A stretch of DNA of 64,000 nt, taken from positions 338,148,001 to 338,212,000 of the forward strand of contig OZ024741.1 of assembly GCA_964016885.1 (NCBI GenBank). Reading direction: 5' to 3'. The notes beneath the pieces were generated by a model. It was not told the origin of the DNA. It was given only the letters and a program-made list of their open reading frames with translations, and searched no databases. This DNA comes from Eledone cirrhosa (taxonomy: Eukaryota). Positions 63,601 through 64,000 of this stretch are shown one piece after another. The position numbers were made by a program, and so were the translations under genes. How positions within the stretch are numbered: the stretch's first letter is position 1; each line of letters opens with the position of its first letter.

Positions 63601-64000
63601 CATGTTTTTGTGACTATGGTCACTCAATGATGTCTCCAGTTCTCATGTCTTTGTGACTATGGTCACTCAATGATGTCTCCAGTTCTCATGTTTTTATGGA
63701 CTATGGTAACTCAATGATGTCTCCAGTTCTCATGTTTTTATGGACTGTGGTCACTCAATGATGTCTCCAGTTCTCATGTCTTTGTGACTATGGTCACTCA
63801 ATGATGCCTCCAGTTCTCATGTTTTTGTGACTATGGTCACTCAATGATGTCTCCATTTCTCATGTCTTTGTGACTATGGTCACTCTATGATGTCTCCAGT
63901 TCTCATGTTTTTGTGACTATGGTCACTCAATGATGTCTCCAGTTCTCATGTCTTTGTGACTATGGTCACTCAATGATGTCTCCAGTTCTCATGTCTTTGT
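30670..64000. repeat. 43-bp satellite DNA, consensus GTGACTATGGTCACTCAATGATGTCTCCAGTTCTCATGT(T/C)TTT, roughly 770 units, running off the window
   Basis: Uninterrupted head-to-tail units of 42-44 bp; the first units are diverged; no ORFs in the track; higher-order duplications. Confidence 0.99.

Noticed and set aside
30670-64000. CRISPR-like array (short palindromic repeat)
   Set aside because: No unique spacers, units are contiguous, no cas genes, eukaryotic context
30670-64000. Tandem C/D-box snoRNA or repeat-protein gene (ATGATG resembles a C box)
   Set aside because: No consensus D box (CTGA), unit too short, and no ORF of 60 aa or more in the track

Overview
Repeat-dense, gene-free eukaryotic DNA. 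The abundant (TA)n/(TG)n/(TACA)n/(ATT)n microsatellites, tRNA-derived SINEs and non-LTR retrotransposon mix suggest an invertebrate, probably an octopus/cephalopod (inference). Bases 1-23 kb hold decayed retroelements: Penelope-like (RT + GIY-YIG), an RTE with a twin-priming-type inversion, two Tx1/L1-clade LINEs plus a 3' fragment, five R4/Dong-type RLE elements sitting in (TAA)n tracts, and SINEs. Bases 23.1-29.8 kb are a near-identical 591-bp tandem array (about 7.2 copies on -, then about 4.05 copies on +, head-to-head) inserted in a (TA)n tract. Every unit carries a predicted type I hammerhead ribozyme with a compensatory U3-A8 core, palindromic stem III and enlarged stem II, making it a candidate retrozyme / Penelope pseudo-LTR multimer. 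Several other small TA-flanked elements carry degenerate or partial hammerhead motifs. From about 30.7 kb to the end is a 43-bp satellite with kb-scale higher-order duplications. No host gene, rRNA, tRNA or CRISPR array is supported. All RNA folds were worked out by eye, and most boundaries are approximate.
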